Below, one piece after another: positions 38,416 to 48,055 of a stretch of 64,000 bases of DNA (positions are counted from its first letter, which is position 1; the number at the start of each line of letters is the position of its first letter). The stretch is from NCBI GenBank assembly GCA_033344795.1, contig JAWPMS010000001.1, positions 2,344,507-2,408,506 on the forward strand, given 5' to 3'. The position numbers were made by a program, and so were the translations under genes. The stretch is from Acidimicrobiia bacterium. GTDB taxonomy: Bacteria > Actinomycetota > Acidimicrobiia > Acidimicrobiales > SHLQ01. The notes under the pieces were generated by a model. It had not been told where the DNA came from. It saw nothing but the letters and a program-made list of their open reading frames with translations, and searched no databases.

Positions 38416-39245
38416 GAGATTCGCCCAACGGCACGCATTCGTCGCTCGACATCGGCCACCATGTCCAGGTCGAGCAAACCATCGGCTGGCGTGAAGCGAA
38501 CCTGATCCAGCCACCCGAGCGCTCCGTCGACTTCGAGCTCGTACCGCTCGGCGATGATCGCCGCAGCGCTGTCATCGATCGAAAGCGCGGCGGCTCGAGC
38601 CGAGGCCACTTGCGATGCCGACTCCGCAACACCCGGGTTCTCGGCCAGAAATCTCTCGGTGGCGACGATTGAGAATCCTGGCCACGGCGTGGCTAGCACA
38701 TCGATCCGGTCGAACGTGCCGTTGTCGACGTGTGGTTGTGTCATCGACATGTTCCACAAGAACACGTCGGCCTCGCCTGATGGCAACGCTTCGAGAGCAC
38801 CGTCGAGCCCGCCGACGACGAGAAAATTCTCGTCGGTCAGGGTCCAGTCGAGGTCCTGAGCCATGACCCTCGACATGAGCTCGGAGCCCGAGCCAATCCG
38901 TGAGATCGCAAATCGAGCTGCGGGATCGGTCTGAGTTGGCAGCTCGGATATCGCGCGGATCGGCGAACCGGCGCGCACGAAGACGCCCCAGAGCAGCGGA
39001 GAATCAACCCAGGGACGAAGAAGGCGAGAAGGATTGCCGTTGGCGATCGCCGTGATCGCGCCTTCGGTGAGCGGCGTGGCCATGTCGATCTCGCCAGCCT
39101 CCAGCGCACGCATGATCGAGCCGGTTCCGCCGGGGAAGTCGGTCCACTCGACGTTTATGTCGATGTGCGAGAAGAGGTGCTCCTCGATCGCGAGGATCCA
39201 GGGCAGATTGAAGTGCTCGGGCACTCCACCAACGCGAACGTGCAT
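38412..39245 (-). CDS. NMT1/THI5-like periplasmic-binding-protein-fold protein (no signal peptide)
   Basis: 277 aa, MHVRVGGVPEHFNLPW...FPGGTGSIMRALEAGEIDMA pattern. The start overlaps the valS stop region, suggesting an operon. Confidence 0.55.
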   Translation of the reverse strand: MHVRVGGVPEHFNLPWILAIEEHLFSHIDINVEWTDFPGGTGSIMRALEAGEIDMATPLTEGAITAIANGNPSRLLRPWVDSPLLWGVFVRAGSPIRAISELPTQTDPAARFAISRIGSGSELMSRVMAQDLDWTLTDENFLVVGGLDGALEALPSGEADVFLWNMSMTQPHVDNGTFDRIDVLATPWPGFSIVATERFLAENPGVAESASQVASARAAALSIDDSAAAIIAERYELEVDGALGWLDQVRFTPADGLLDLDMVADVERRMRAVGRIS

Positions 39246-42200
39246 CAGCTGAGGCCGTCGAGCGACGCCTGAGCGGCCGCCAGATCGGCCTCCGCCAGCG
39301 CCAACATGTCGCGCGTCTCCTGCACCAGGTGAGGGGGAGCACCGTTCACGTAGCCATCGTTCGACAGCTTGCCGCGAAAGCCTGCGGCTTGTTTCGTCTT
39401 CTGCTCGATGAGGGCGGTGAGACGATCCCGTTCGGCGCCCACGTCGACCTCGTCGACCAGTCCAGATACCTCGACCTGCGAACCTTCGAACGGAATCGTC
39501 GATCGGACTGCTACTTGGGTCGTCAGGTCGCCAACTTCGCCCAGGCCAGCAAGGGTCTCGACCAGACCCTCGGCCAGCGTCACGAGCTCGAGAACTTGCT
39601 CGGGGGCGTGTAGCGCGATGCGTTGTTTCGGTTTCACGTTCTGTTTGGCGCGAAGCGTGCGAATCTCCGTGACGAGGGCGTAGGCCCGGTCGAAGTCGGT
39701 CACAACGGCTGCGTCGGCCAGTGCCGAATCAGCGACAGGCCACGCTGCGCTTGCCAGCACATCGCTGCGGGGAAGTGCCAGACCCTGGATGCTCCCTGCC
39801 TGAACCGCCGACACGTGAGGCCACAGCGCCTCGGTGATGAAGGGACACACGGGGTGCATGAGCCGGAGTGAGGCGTCGAGGACGGCACCGAGCACCACTT
39901 GCTGCGTGGTGTCGTCATCGATTGTGGGTTTGATGGCTTCGAGGTAACGGTCGCAGAGGTCGCGCCACACGAAGTCGTAGAGCGTGTCGGCGTACACGTT
40001 GAACTGGTAGCTCTCGACAGCGGCTTCGAGGGCGCCGATTGTCTCGTGCAGTTTGGCCACGATCCATCGATCGGCGAATCGGGCGCTCGCCATGTCGACC
40101 GGCTCGGGAACGGTCGTTTCTGGATCGAGCCGTGACAACGCGAACCGGGTGGCGTTCCACAACTTGTTCGAAAAGTTCCGGCCGCCGTCGAATTTGGCCG
40201 AAGTGTTTCGGGCCAGTGGTGCGTCGGTGCTCGGCTCGTTGATGCCAGCCGCTACGCCGTACGCGCTGACCATCTTCTTCGACGGATCACCAGGACTGAC
40301 CTGTTCGGGCGCGGCGACGAGATGCCCTGCCTTGGTGGTGATGAATTCGGGGGTGAACGCTTCGCCGGTGTGTGGGCAGACCATGTCGACCGGCATGCGC
40401 ACATCTTGGGTGTCGGTGGTCATCTGCACGAGCGTGAATCGCATGGCGTCGGCGCCGTGGCTGTAGATGATGTCGCGTGGATCGACTCCATTGCCGAGAC
40501 TCTTCGACATCTTCTGACCATGGCCGTCCATGACCATCGCATGGATGAAGACGTCTTCGAACGGCAGTTGGCCGTCCATGAAGTAGCGATTGAACATGAC
40601 CATGCGACTCACCCAGAGGGTGATGATCTCGCGGGCAGTGCTCAGCAACGAGGTTGGATTGAAGGCCTCGAGCAGTCCTTCGGCTTCGGGGAAGTCCTCG
40701 GCGTAGGGCCAACCCATGGTCGACATCGGCCAGAGGGCAGACGAGAACCAGGTGTCGAGCACATCGGGGTCTCGTTCGAATCCGTCGGCTTCGAGTGCGG
40801 CGACCAAAGCGGCCTCGTCCATCGAATCATCCGGTCGATCGCTGCGCTGGAGGGTGCCTTGCGGTGGTACGCACACGCTCTCGACGATCTCGGTGTCGGT
40901 GATCTGGCGTGCGTTGTATGCCGCCCCGGCGGCGGTCCAGCGATCGCCAGCATCGGAGGCGACGGTCGATGACGTTCGGTTCCACACTGGGATCTGATGT
41001 CCCCACCAGAGCTGCCGGCTGATGCACCAGTCGCGGATGTTCTCGTGCCACTGCTGATAGGTCCGGGCGTATCGATCGGGAAAGAACGTCAGCCCGCCAT
41101 CGCCGTTGTTCGAGCCGTCGAGCAGCGACGGATCGACGTTGGATCGCTGGTCGGGTGTCATGGCGCTGAGCGCGGAACCGCGCAGGCGCGGGTCGGTCAC
41201 ACGCACGTACCACTGGTCGGACAACCACGGTTCGATCGGGACGTGGCTTCGATAGCTGTGCCCGACCGAGTGGCTGTAGTCGACGACTTTGGCGAGCATG
41301 CCGTTGGCGTCGAACCAGTCGACCACGGCGGTTCGGGCGTCGTCTCGGCTGAGTCCGATGAAGGGACGAGCGTCTTCGGAGATTTCATCCCAGCCGTATT
41401 GATCCGAGATGGACGCGTCGGCGGCCATGACGTTGATCGCTTCGAGGTCGTGGCGCAGCCCGATGTCCCAGTCGTTGGGGTCGTGCGCGGGCGTGACCTT
41501 GAGAAAGCCACTGGACATCTTTGCCTTGGGGTCGCTGCTCTCTGGGTCGCCGATGACGACGTAGTCATCTTCGATGATCGGGATGCGGCGTCCGACGATC
41601 GGCAGGATCACGAACTTGCCTCGCAGTTCGGCGGCGCGAGGATGATCGGGGTGTACGGCGACCGCGGTGTCACCAAACATGGTTTCGGGTCGCGTGGTTG
41701 CCACCGTGACGTGGCCGGTGCCATCTTCGAGCGGGTACTCGAGGTACCACATGTGCCCGTCGATGTCGTCCATTTCGACTTCGTCGTCGGAGAGCGCCGT
41801 GCCGGTGGCCGGGTCCCAGTTGACCAGCCGCTTGCCTCGGTAGATCAGGTCATCTTTGAACAGTTGGAAGAACGCGTGACGAACCGCGGTGGCGCACATG
41901 TCGTCCATCGTGAAGCGCGTGCGTTCGTAGTCGCAGCTCGCGCCCATCTCGTTGAGCTGGGCGAGGATGACCGCCTCGTATTCGTCCTTCCACTTCTGCG
42001 TTTGCGTGACGAACGCTTCGCGTCCGATCTCAAGACGCTTGACGCCCTGGCTGAGCATGCGCTTCTCGACCACGGTTTGTGTGGCGATTCCTGCGTGATC
42101 GGTGCCCGGCATCCACATGGTGTTGTGGCCCTGCATGCGGTGATACCGGACCAGCACATCCTGCAGGGTGTTGTTCAGCGCGTGTCCGAGGTGAAGGGCA

Positions 42201-42367
42201 GCGGTGACGTTTGGCGGCGGGATGACAACGCTGTAGGTCGGGGTGTCGTCACCATCGGGTCCGGGCACCGCGTGGAAGGCCCCGGACTTCTCCCAGAGCG
42301 CGGAGATCTTGGGCTCATTGTCCGCTGGTACGTAGACCTTCGCGAGTTCAGGGCTGGTGTCACTCAT
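39245..42367 (-). CDS. valS: valine--tRNA ligase
   Basis: 1040 aa. PPPNVTAALHLGHA (HIGH), WMPGTDHAGIATQ, DWCISRQLWWGH, DVLDTWFSS, KMSKSLGN, C-terminal coiled coil. Confidence 0.95.
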   Translation of the reverse strand: MSDTSPELAKVYVPADNEPKISALWEKSGAFHAVPGPDGDDTPTYSVVIPPPNVTAALHLGHALNNTLQDVLVRYHRMQGHNTMWMPGTDHAGIATQTVVEKRMLSQGVKRLEIGREAFVTQTQKWKDEYEAVILAQLNEMGASCDYERTRFTMDDMCATAVRHAFFQLFKDDLIYRGKRLVNWDPATGTALSDDEVEMDDIDGHMWYLEYPLEDGTGHVTVATTRPETMFGDTAVAVHPDHPRAAELRGKFVILPIVGRRIPIIEDDYVVIGDPESSDPKAKMSSGFLKVTPAHDPNDWDIGLRHDLEAINVMAADASISDQYGWDEISEDARPFIGLSRDDARTAVVDWFDANGMLAKVVDYSHSVGHSYRSHVPIEPWLSDQWYVRVTDPRLRGSALSAMTPDQRSNVDPSLLDGSNNGDGGLTFFPDRYARTYQQWHENIRDWCISRQLWWGHQIPVWNRTSSTVASDAGDRWTAAGAAYNARQITDTEIVESVCVPPQGTLQRSDRPDDSMDEAALVAALEADGFERDPDVLDTWFSSALWPMSTMGWPYAEDFPEAEGLLEAFNPTSLLSTAREIITLWVSRMVMFNRYFMDGQLPFEDVFIHAMVMDGHGQKMSKSLGNGVDPRDIIYSHGADAMRFTLVQMTTDTQDVRMPVDMVCPHTGEAFTPEFITTKAGHLVAAPEQVSPGDPSKKMVSAYGVAAGINEPSTDAPLARNTSAKFDGGRNFSNKLWNATRFALSRLDPETTVPEPVDMASARFADRWIVAKLHETIGALEAAVESYQFNVYADTLYDFVWRDLCDRYLEAIKPTIDDDTTQQVVLGAVLDASLRLMHPVCPFITEALWPHVSAVQAGSIQGLALPRSDVLASAAWPVADSALADAAVVTDFDRAYALVTEIRTLRAKQNVKPKQRIALHAPEQVLELVTLAEGLVETLAGLGEVGDLTTQVAVRSTIPFEGSQVEVSGLVDEVDVGAERDRLTALIEQKTKQAAGFRGKLSNDGYVNGAPPHLVQETRDMLALAEADLAAAQASLDGLS

Positions 42368-42431
42368 GAGGTTGCAAGGCTACTGCGGTGACCCCGGTCG
42401 TCGGTGACGCTCCTGGCCGAAACCGGCTGAT

Positions 42432-42848
42432 TTAGACCGCTGAGCGCTCCATTGCCAGATTCTCGATCTGGGCGGCCAAACGTGGGCACTGATCGAGAAC
42501 CGAGTTGAACTCGCGTCGCGTCATGACGAGGATCGAGAGCTCGTCGTGTGCCTCGAGCGATGCGTTCCGGGGTTCGCCGGTGAGAAGAGCGAGCTCGCCG
42601 AGGACGGTGCCTGCTCCGACGGTGACGATGACGGCGTTGTCACGGATGACGTCGGCGGTGCCCTCGAGGACCACCACGGCCTCTTGGCCAACGGCGCCTT
42701 CGGTTGCAAATCGTTGTCCGGCAGCAAGAGTCGCAACGGTTCCCCTGCGGCTGAGGGCGACCATCTCTTGGTCGGTGAATGTATCGGCGAGTGACTGCTT
42801 GATCAGTGGGTGGATCTGGCTGTTGCGGCGTGAGCGAAGGAACGACAT
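42432..42848 (-). CDS. cyclic nucleotide-binding domain protein
   Basis: 138 aa from ATG 42848: ...GQEAVVVLEGTADV...GAGTVLGELALLTGEPRNASLEA (cNMP phosphate-binding cassette). Confidence 0.75.
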   Translation of the reverse strand: MSFLRSRRNSQIHPLIKQSLADTFTDQEMVALSRRGTVATLAAGQRFATEGAVGQEAVVVLEGTADVIRDNAVIVTVGAGTVLGELALLTGEPRNASLEAHDELSILVMTRREFNSVLDQCPRLAAQIENLAMERSAV

Positions 42849-42978
42849 GAGACGCCTCCTGGGCGTTTTGGGGGATGAATTGATCGTACGAATGAACAAC
42901 CCTTTCTTCGGACGATTTGTGCCCGGTGCCGCACGTGTCATTGGGCACCTTGCGTCGACGGTGCAGTACCGTTCGCGG

Positions 42979-45399
42979 ATGGTCGAACGGTATGTCGGAA
43001 GGTCGATGGGGCGTCCGGAGGATCCTTCCTTTCTGCGCGGCATGAGCAGGTACGTCGCCAACCTGAGATCCGAGCGAGATGATGGCCGCACGGGTGCTGC
43101 GCCCTTCGCCCACGTTGCGTTCGTGCGATCGCCGTTCGCCCACGCCCAGATCGTCGACATCGATGTTGCCGAAGCGAAGGTGGCGCCAGGAGTGCTGGCC
43201 GTTGTCACCGCCACAGATCACGACGTTGTGCCACTTGGCGCGTTGGTGGCGGAGAGCGCCACTCCGAGACACGCCATGCCACTGCTCGCAGAAGGGACAG
43301 CGCGGTACGTCGGTGAGCCGGTTGTCGCAGTCGTGGCCGAAACCGAAGCCCAAGCGGTCGACGCCACCGAGCAGGTGATCGTCGATTGGGAACCACTCGA
43401 TGCCGTGATCGACGTGAACGACGCGCTCGAAGACAACGTCGTGTTGTTCACGGCGACGAGTCGTGCTCGCTCGAGGCGGGACGACGATGGGGGGCCGGCG
43501 ACCAACGTCGTGGAAGAACACGAGGCCGGGCACGACGATGGGGGGCCGGCGACCAACGTCGTGGAAGAACACGAGGCCGGGCACGACGAGTCATGCTTCA
43601 GCGGAAGGGTGGACGTGCAGCAACGGTTCTGGAATCCGCGCCAGCTGCCGGCCCCGATCGAGCCATACGTCGAGGTGTGCGGCTGGGATGCGGCCGGACA
43701 CCTTCACGTCCAAACGTCCACCCAGAGACCGCACGGTTTTCGAGACCAGCTCGCGTCGCTCTACGAACTCGACCCGGCCCACGTGCATGTGACGGCGCCG
43801 GCCGTCGGTGGCGGGTTCGGGGGCAAGGTGAGTCGGACGTCAGAGGAGCACGTATTGCCTCTCCTGTCGCGGATCGTGGGGCGTCCTGTCCGATGGGTGC
43901 AGACGCGCAATGAGTACTTCGTCGGTGCCACTCACGGGCGCGGCGAACAGATCGACTTTCGACTCTCCGGGACTGACGATGGGCGGATCATTGCCCTCCG
44001 AGGAGACATGGTGAAGGACAGCGGGGCGTATCCAGGCGTCGGCGCCACGCTTCCGAGTCGATACACGGCGCCCGGTGCCAGTGGGCCCTACGACATTGCC
44101 CATGTCGAGTTCTCGGCTCGTTCGGTCGTGACGAATGCGCCGTCGATTTCTGCGTTTCGCGGCGCCGGACGGGCACCGTACATCGCCGCTCTCGAGCGAC
44201 TGATCGACATGTATGCGGCCCGGATTGGGATGGACCCGGCCGACGTGCGGCGCCGGAACCTGGTCCGTCGAGAACAGATGCCGTTCCTGTCGGTGACCGG
44301 GGCGACCTACGACGAAGCCGACTATGTCGGTGACCTCGATCGTGCGCTCCACGAAGTGGGTTACGACGAGCTGCGTCGCGAACAAGCTAAACGCCGCGAG
44401 AGCGCTGCAGGCTGGCAGCTGGGTATCGGCATGGCCGCCTACCATCACCAGACCGTGGGTGCCGGTGGCTCCGAGGAGGCGAGGGTGGAGATCACCCCTT
44501 CAGGTGGTGCGATGGTGTTCACCGGATCGACCTCGCAGGGCCATGGGCACGACGTGACGTGGGCGCAGATCGCCGCCGACGAACTCGGGATGCCGATCGA
44601 TCAGATCTCTGTGCACGAGGGCTCGACGTCACACACGGCAACCGGGGTTGGTGCGGTCGGCTCTCGTTCGTTGCAAACGGCAGGGGTGGCGATCATGACC
44701 GCGTCGGGGGTGCTCGTGGAGCGCGCACGGCAGGTTGCAGCGCGGCTTCTCGAAGCGGCGCCCGAGGACGTCGTGTGCACAGTCGATGGCGACGGGGGCG
44801 AGCCCGCTGCCCACTTCCACGTGGTAGGCGTTCCTTCCGTCTGGGTCGGCTGGGTCGACGTGGCCGCCGAGGTCGCTCGCTCTGACGCACCCGATGAGTT
44901 GGTGTGTGGCGAGACGCACAACGTGGGCGATCAGACGTCGTTTCCATCGGGAAGCCACGTCGCCGTGGTCGAGGTCGACATCGAGACCGGTTTCGTTCGG
45001 CTCATACGGTTCGTTGGCGTCGACGATGTGGGCAATCGTGTGAACCCGATGGTGGTCGAGGGCCAGCTGCATGGGGGAATTGCGTCGGGTCTCAGCCAGG
45101 TGTTCGGCGAGGAGATGCGCTACGACGGTGACGGCAATCCGTTGACGACGAACTTCGCGGACTATCTGATTGCCACAGCCGACCAACTCCCGATGTTCGA
45201 GCTGCACCCGTCGGTGACGTCGACCTCTTTCAATGCGCTCGGATCCAAGGGTGTGGGTGAATCGGGGACCGTCGGAGCGACTCCCGCCCTGCACAACGCG
45301 GTGATCGATGCGGTCAGCCATCTGGGGGTCGAACACATCGAACTTCCATGTACGCCGATGCGTGTTTGGCAGGCGATCAACGATGCCGGTGCCAAATAG
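42979..45399 (+). CDS. xanthine dehydrogenase/aldehyde oxidase-family molybdopterin-binding large subunit (no adjacent small or medium subunit)
   Basis: From ATG 42979: MVERYVGRSMGRPEDPSFLRG, APAVGGGFGGK, RGAGRAPY, SQGHGH, GESGTVG. The track ORF from 42505 is antisense to the cNMP gene and was trimmed. Confidence 0.85.
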   Translation: MVERYVGRSMGRPEDPSFLRGMSRYVANLRSERDDGRTGAAPFAHVAFVRSPFAHAQIVDIDVAEAKVAPGVLAVVTATDHDVVPLGALVAESATPRHAMPLLAEGTARYVGEPVVAVVAETEAQAVDATEQVIVDWEPLDAVIDVNDALEDNVVLFTATSRARSRRDDDGGPATNVVEEHEAGHDDGGPATNVVEEHEAGHDESCFSGRVDVQQRFWNPRQLPAPIEPYVEVCGWDAAGHLHVQTSTQRPHGFRDQLASLYELDPAHVHVTAPAVGGGFGGKVSRTSEEHVLPLLSRIVGRPVRWVQTRNEYFVGATHGRGEQIDFRLSGTDDGRIIALRGDMVKDSGAYPGVGATLPSRYTAPGASGPYDIAHVEFSARSVVTNAPSISAFRGAGRAPYIAALERLIDMYAARIGMDPADVRRRNLVRREQMPFLSVTGATYDEADYVGDLDRALHEVGYDELRREQAKRRESAAGWQLGIGMAAYHHQTVGAGGSEEARVEITPSGGAMVFTGSTSQGHGHDVTWAQIAADELGMPIDQISVHEGSTSHTATGVGAVGSRSLQTAGVAIMTASGVLVERARQVAARLLEAAPEDVVCTVDGDGGEPAAHFHVVGVPSVWVGWVDVAAEVARSDAPDELVCGETHNVGDQTSFPSGSHVAVVEVDIETGFVRLIRFVGVDDVGNRVNPMVVEGQLHGGIASGLSQVFGEEMRYDGDGNPLTTNFADYLIATADQLPMFELHPSVTSTSFNALGSKGVGESGTVGATPALHNAVIDAVSHLGVEHIELPCTPMRVWQAINDAGAK
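43481..43582 (+). repeat. perfect 51-bp x2 in-frame tandem duplication inside the XDH-family gene
   Basis: 43481-43531 is identical to 43532-43582, followed by a 7-nt partial third copy. Encodes DDGGPATNVVEEHEAGH twice. Confidence 0.95.
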
Positions 45400-45492
45400 C
45401 GAACCTCGTTTGGCGGTTTCGGTTCCTGAAGGCGAGACTCGCGCGAATAATCCATTTGATCTGTTGCGGTGAACCAGGTGATCTGTAGGCTG

Positions 45493-45508
45493 GTTACCGA
45501 CCGGTAAC
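45493..45508. promoter_or_regulatory. 16-bp palindrome GTTACCG-AC-CGGTAAC upstream of ACAD (candidate TetR/FadR-type operator)
   Basis: Perfect 7+2+7 inverted repeat, ending 61 nt upstream of ATG 45570. Confidence 0.35.
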
Positions 45509-45569
45509 TTGCGGCATCAATTCTCCGCCCGGGTGACCGACTTGGAAGTGGACGACCCTGGAGGCCGAC

Positions 45570-46796
45570 ATGGCTGATTTCTCGCTAGATCTCAACGAAG
45601 ACCAGATCCAACTCAAGAAGTGGGTGCACGGGTTTGCCGAGGACGTCATGCGTCCCGCGGGCGAAGAGTGGGACGAGCGCGAAGAAACTCCGTGGCCAAT
45701 CATCGAAGAGGCCGCGAAGATCGGACTCTACGGCTGGGAGATCATGGCCGAGACCATGATGAATGACCCCACAGGCTTGTCGTCGATGGTGCTGCTCGAA
45801 GAGCTCTTCTGGGGCGACGCAGGTATTGCGATGTCTCTCATGGGAACTGGCCTCGCCGCCGCAGGTATCGCGGCATCGGGCACACCGGAGCAGGTCATGG
45901 AATGGGTGCCACAGATGTATGGCACCCCCGATGACATCAAGCTCGGTGCCTTCTGCTCGTCTGAGCCAGACGCCGGATCCGACGTTTCGGCGATCCGCAC
46001 CAACGCGAAGTACGACGAAGCCAAAGACGAGTGGACAATCAACGGCACCAAGACGTGGATCACCAACGGTGGCATCGCCGATGTGCATGTGGTTGTCGCC
46101 GTCGTCGACTCTGACCTCGGGACGAAGGGCCACGCGAGTTTCATCGTGCCCGCAGAAGCCAAACTCGACGGCTCACTTCGTCAAGGGCAGAAGTTCAAGA
46201 AGCACGGCATCCGGGCCAGCCACACCGCTGAGGTGATTCTCGAAGACGTCAAGGTTCCCGGCGCATTTCTCCTCGGAGGCAAAGAGCGCATGGACGAAAA
46301 GCACGCTCGCCTCCGCGAAGGCGGCGGTGGTGCGGTCAGCAATTCGGCGATGAAGACGTTCGAGTCGACCCGGCCAGCCGTTGGCGCCCAGGCCGTGGGC
46401 ATTGCTCGTGCGGCCTACGAGTACGCGCTCGAGTACGCGAAGGAGCGCGTGCAGTTCGGTCGGCCGATCATTCAGAACCAGTCGATCGCCTTCATGCTCG
46501 CCGACATGATCACCGAGATCGATGCGTCACGGTTGCTCGTGCACCGCGCAGCATGGCTGGCAAAGAACGGCGAGTTCGTGAACGCCGAAGGTTCGATGGC
46601 CAAGCTCAAGGCCGGCCGCACCGCCACCTGGGTGACCGAGCGCGCCATCCAGATTCTGGGCGGCTATGGCTACATCCGCGAGTTCCCGGTCGAGCGCTTC
46701 CATCGCGACGCCAAGATCCACGACATCTTCGAAGGCACCGAGCAGATCCAGCAGCTGGTCATCAGTCGAGCCATCTCGGGCATGCGCATCGAGTAG
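45570..46796 (+). CDS. acyl-CoA dehydrogenase
   Basis: 408 aa. GAFCSSEPDAGSD, WITNGG, canonical C-terminal IFEGTEQIQQLVISR with catalytic Glu. Confidence 0.9.
   Translation: MADFSLDLNEDQIQLKKWVHGFAEDVMRPAGEEWDEREETPWPIIEEAAKIGLYGWEIMAETMMNDPTGLSSMVLLEELFWGDAGIAMSLMGTGLAAAGIAASGTPEQVMEWVPQMYGTPDDIKLGAFCSSEPDAGSDVSAIRTNAKYDEAKDEWTINGTKTWITNGGIADVHVVVAVVDSDLGTKGHASFIVPAEAKLDGSLRQGQKFKKHGIRASHTAEVILEDVKVPGAFLLGGKERMDEKHARLREGGGGAVSNSAMKTFESTRPAVGAQAVGIARAAYEYALEYAKERVQFGRPIIQNQSIAFMLADMITEIDASRLLVHRAAWLAKNGEFVNAEGSMAKLKAGRTATWVTERAIQILGGYGYIREFPVERFHRDAKIHDIFEGTEQIQQLVISRAISGMRIE
46718..46796 (+). repeat. 79-bp direct repeat, copy A (last 26 codons plus stop of ACAD); candidate attL
   Basis: Matches 50224-50302 at 77/79 positions. 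The two differences (46765 T/C, 46768 A/G) are synonymous in the ACAD frame. Confidence 0.9.
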
Positions 46797-46945
46797 CTAG
46801 AAGGTCATCAAATTCAACGAATTTGCCACCGAAGCGCTGAGGCTCGCACCTCGCAACAGGTTCGTGCTCGCTCGGCTCGAAAACGCATTTGTCCCTAGTT
46901 TGTCCCTAGTTAGACGCCTTCGTTGCCGAAGGCAGAAACTCATCG

Positions 46946-48055
46946 GTGGATGTGATGGCGTCGGCGTACGGAGAATTCACGTCGCCGCCTGCGCTCCCAC
47001 AGACCCGGTCTAGGGAAATGCTCGTCGCGACACCCACTGGTTACCTCGAAGCCGAACCAGACTCTGACGTTTTCACGACGCAGGGATTCGACTTCTCAGA
47101 CGAGCTTTCGACGCCCACTGACCCCAACTCTCCGGAAACACCACACCTGGGCAGAGTGGGAGAATGGAGGCTCGTGGCGTTTCCAGACCAATACGTACTC
47201 CACAGACAGTCGACCGACGAGCGCCTAGTCTTCTCATATCCTGATGAATTCGAGCCCGATCAGAACAACAGACATAGAACCTCTGATTTCATTGGCGTCG
47301 ACGGGACACTGCGTTTCGCCGTCCGCGTTCAACGCCCCTCACCTACCACTACAGGCCGCGACCGCCATGTGATGGTGCTCCAAAAGGTACCCGGAGGAGT
47401 ATGGACCGCTTCAGTTTCGGATCGCTTGGTTCGGGAAGGCACGGACGCTGCTGTCAGCAGTCATAGCGATCTAAGTCTAAGTGCGGAAGGTTTGTTCCCG
47501 GCCCCAGCAGGGTTCGGCGGGAACGTACAATTCGCGTCCTTCGAATCAGACGGATCGATCGGAGAGTGGGCACGCCTAGATGGAACACTCGGTTCTGACT
47601 ACCAGCTCATTGTCACCGATGGCGATAATGGCACCGAAGGCCGCTTCTATTTCGCGATCCCCGGTGTCCCGAACCTTGCCGATTCCATCGAGGTCTTCCG
47701 ACCTGATGGCACGCGGTCTGGCACGATAGCCCAGCCGACAGCGGCCACTGGCGAGATCAATGGGGCCTTCGCTCTAAGGCCTGACTTCGACGGCATCGTC
47801 ACGCTCGCGATTACCTACACCAGCGGTGAGATCTGGATGGCGACCACGCAGGCAGGAGCCGGATTCGACGGCGCCGTGTTCGACTTGGTCGGCGTGATCG
47901 ACCGCCCAGTCCGGCCCGTCCGGGTCGACTATTCCTACAGTGGGGTGTGGCTCTATCGGCTTGACGGCAATCATCTCGAGGCCTTCCGCATCGGGCTTTC
48001 ACCTAGGGGAGATGACCTTGTCACGGCTGACCGACGGTTTCGACGCCTGGTGTGA
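46946..48055 (+). CDS. hypothetical protein (islet cargo)
   Basis: 369-aa ORF with no recognised motif. Its 3' end overlaps the SMI1/KNR4 gene start by 44 nt. Confidence 0.45.
   Translation: MDVMASAYGEFTSPPALPQTRSREMLVATPTGYLEAEPDSDVFTTQGFDFSDELSTPTDPNSPETPHLGRVGEWRLVAFPDQYVLHRQSTDERLVFSYPDEFEPDQNNRHRTSDFIGVDGTLRFAVRVQRPSPTTTGRDRHVMVLQKVPGGVWTASVSDRLVREGTDAAVSSHSDLSLSAEGLFPAPAGFGGNVQFASFESDGSIGEWARLDGTLGSDYQLIVTDGDNGTEGRFYFAIPGVPNLADSIEVFRPDGTRSGTIAQPTAATGEINGAFALRPDFDGIVTLAITYTSGEIWMATTQAGAGFDGAVFDLVGVIDRPVRPVRVDYSYSGVWLYRLDGNHLEAFRIGLSPRGDDLVTADRRFRRLV

Noticed and set aside
39245-42367. Unusually long ValS (1040 aa) with extra segments between the IPVW and DVLDTWFSS motifs and after KMSKS
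   Set aside because: Without alignments I cannot tell lineage-typical insertions from something novel. All catalytic motifs are intact, so it is reported only as valS.
40997-42391. 464-aa ORF on the plus strand
   Set aside because: It is entirely antisense to valS, whose HIGH/KMSKS motifs are unambiguous. Arg/Val/Gly-rich shadow-frame composition.
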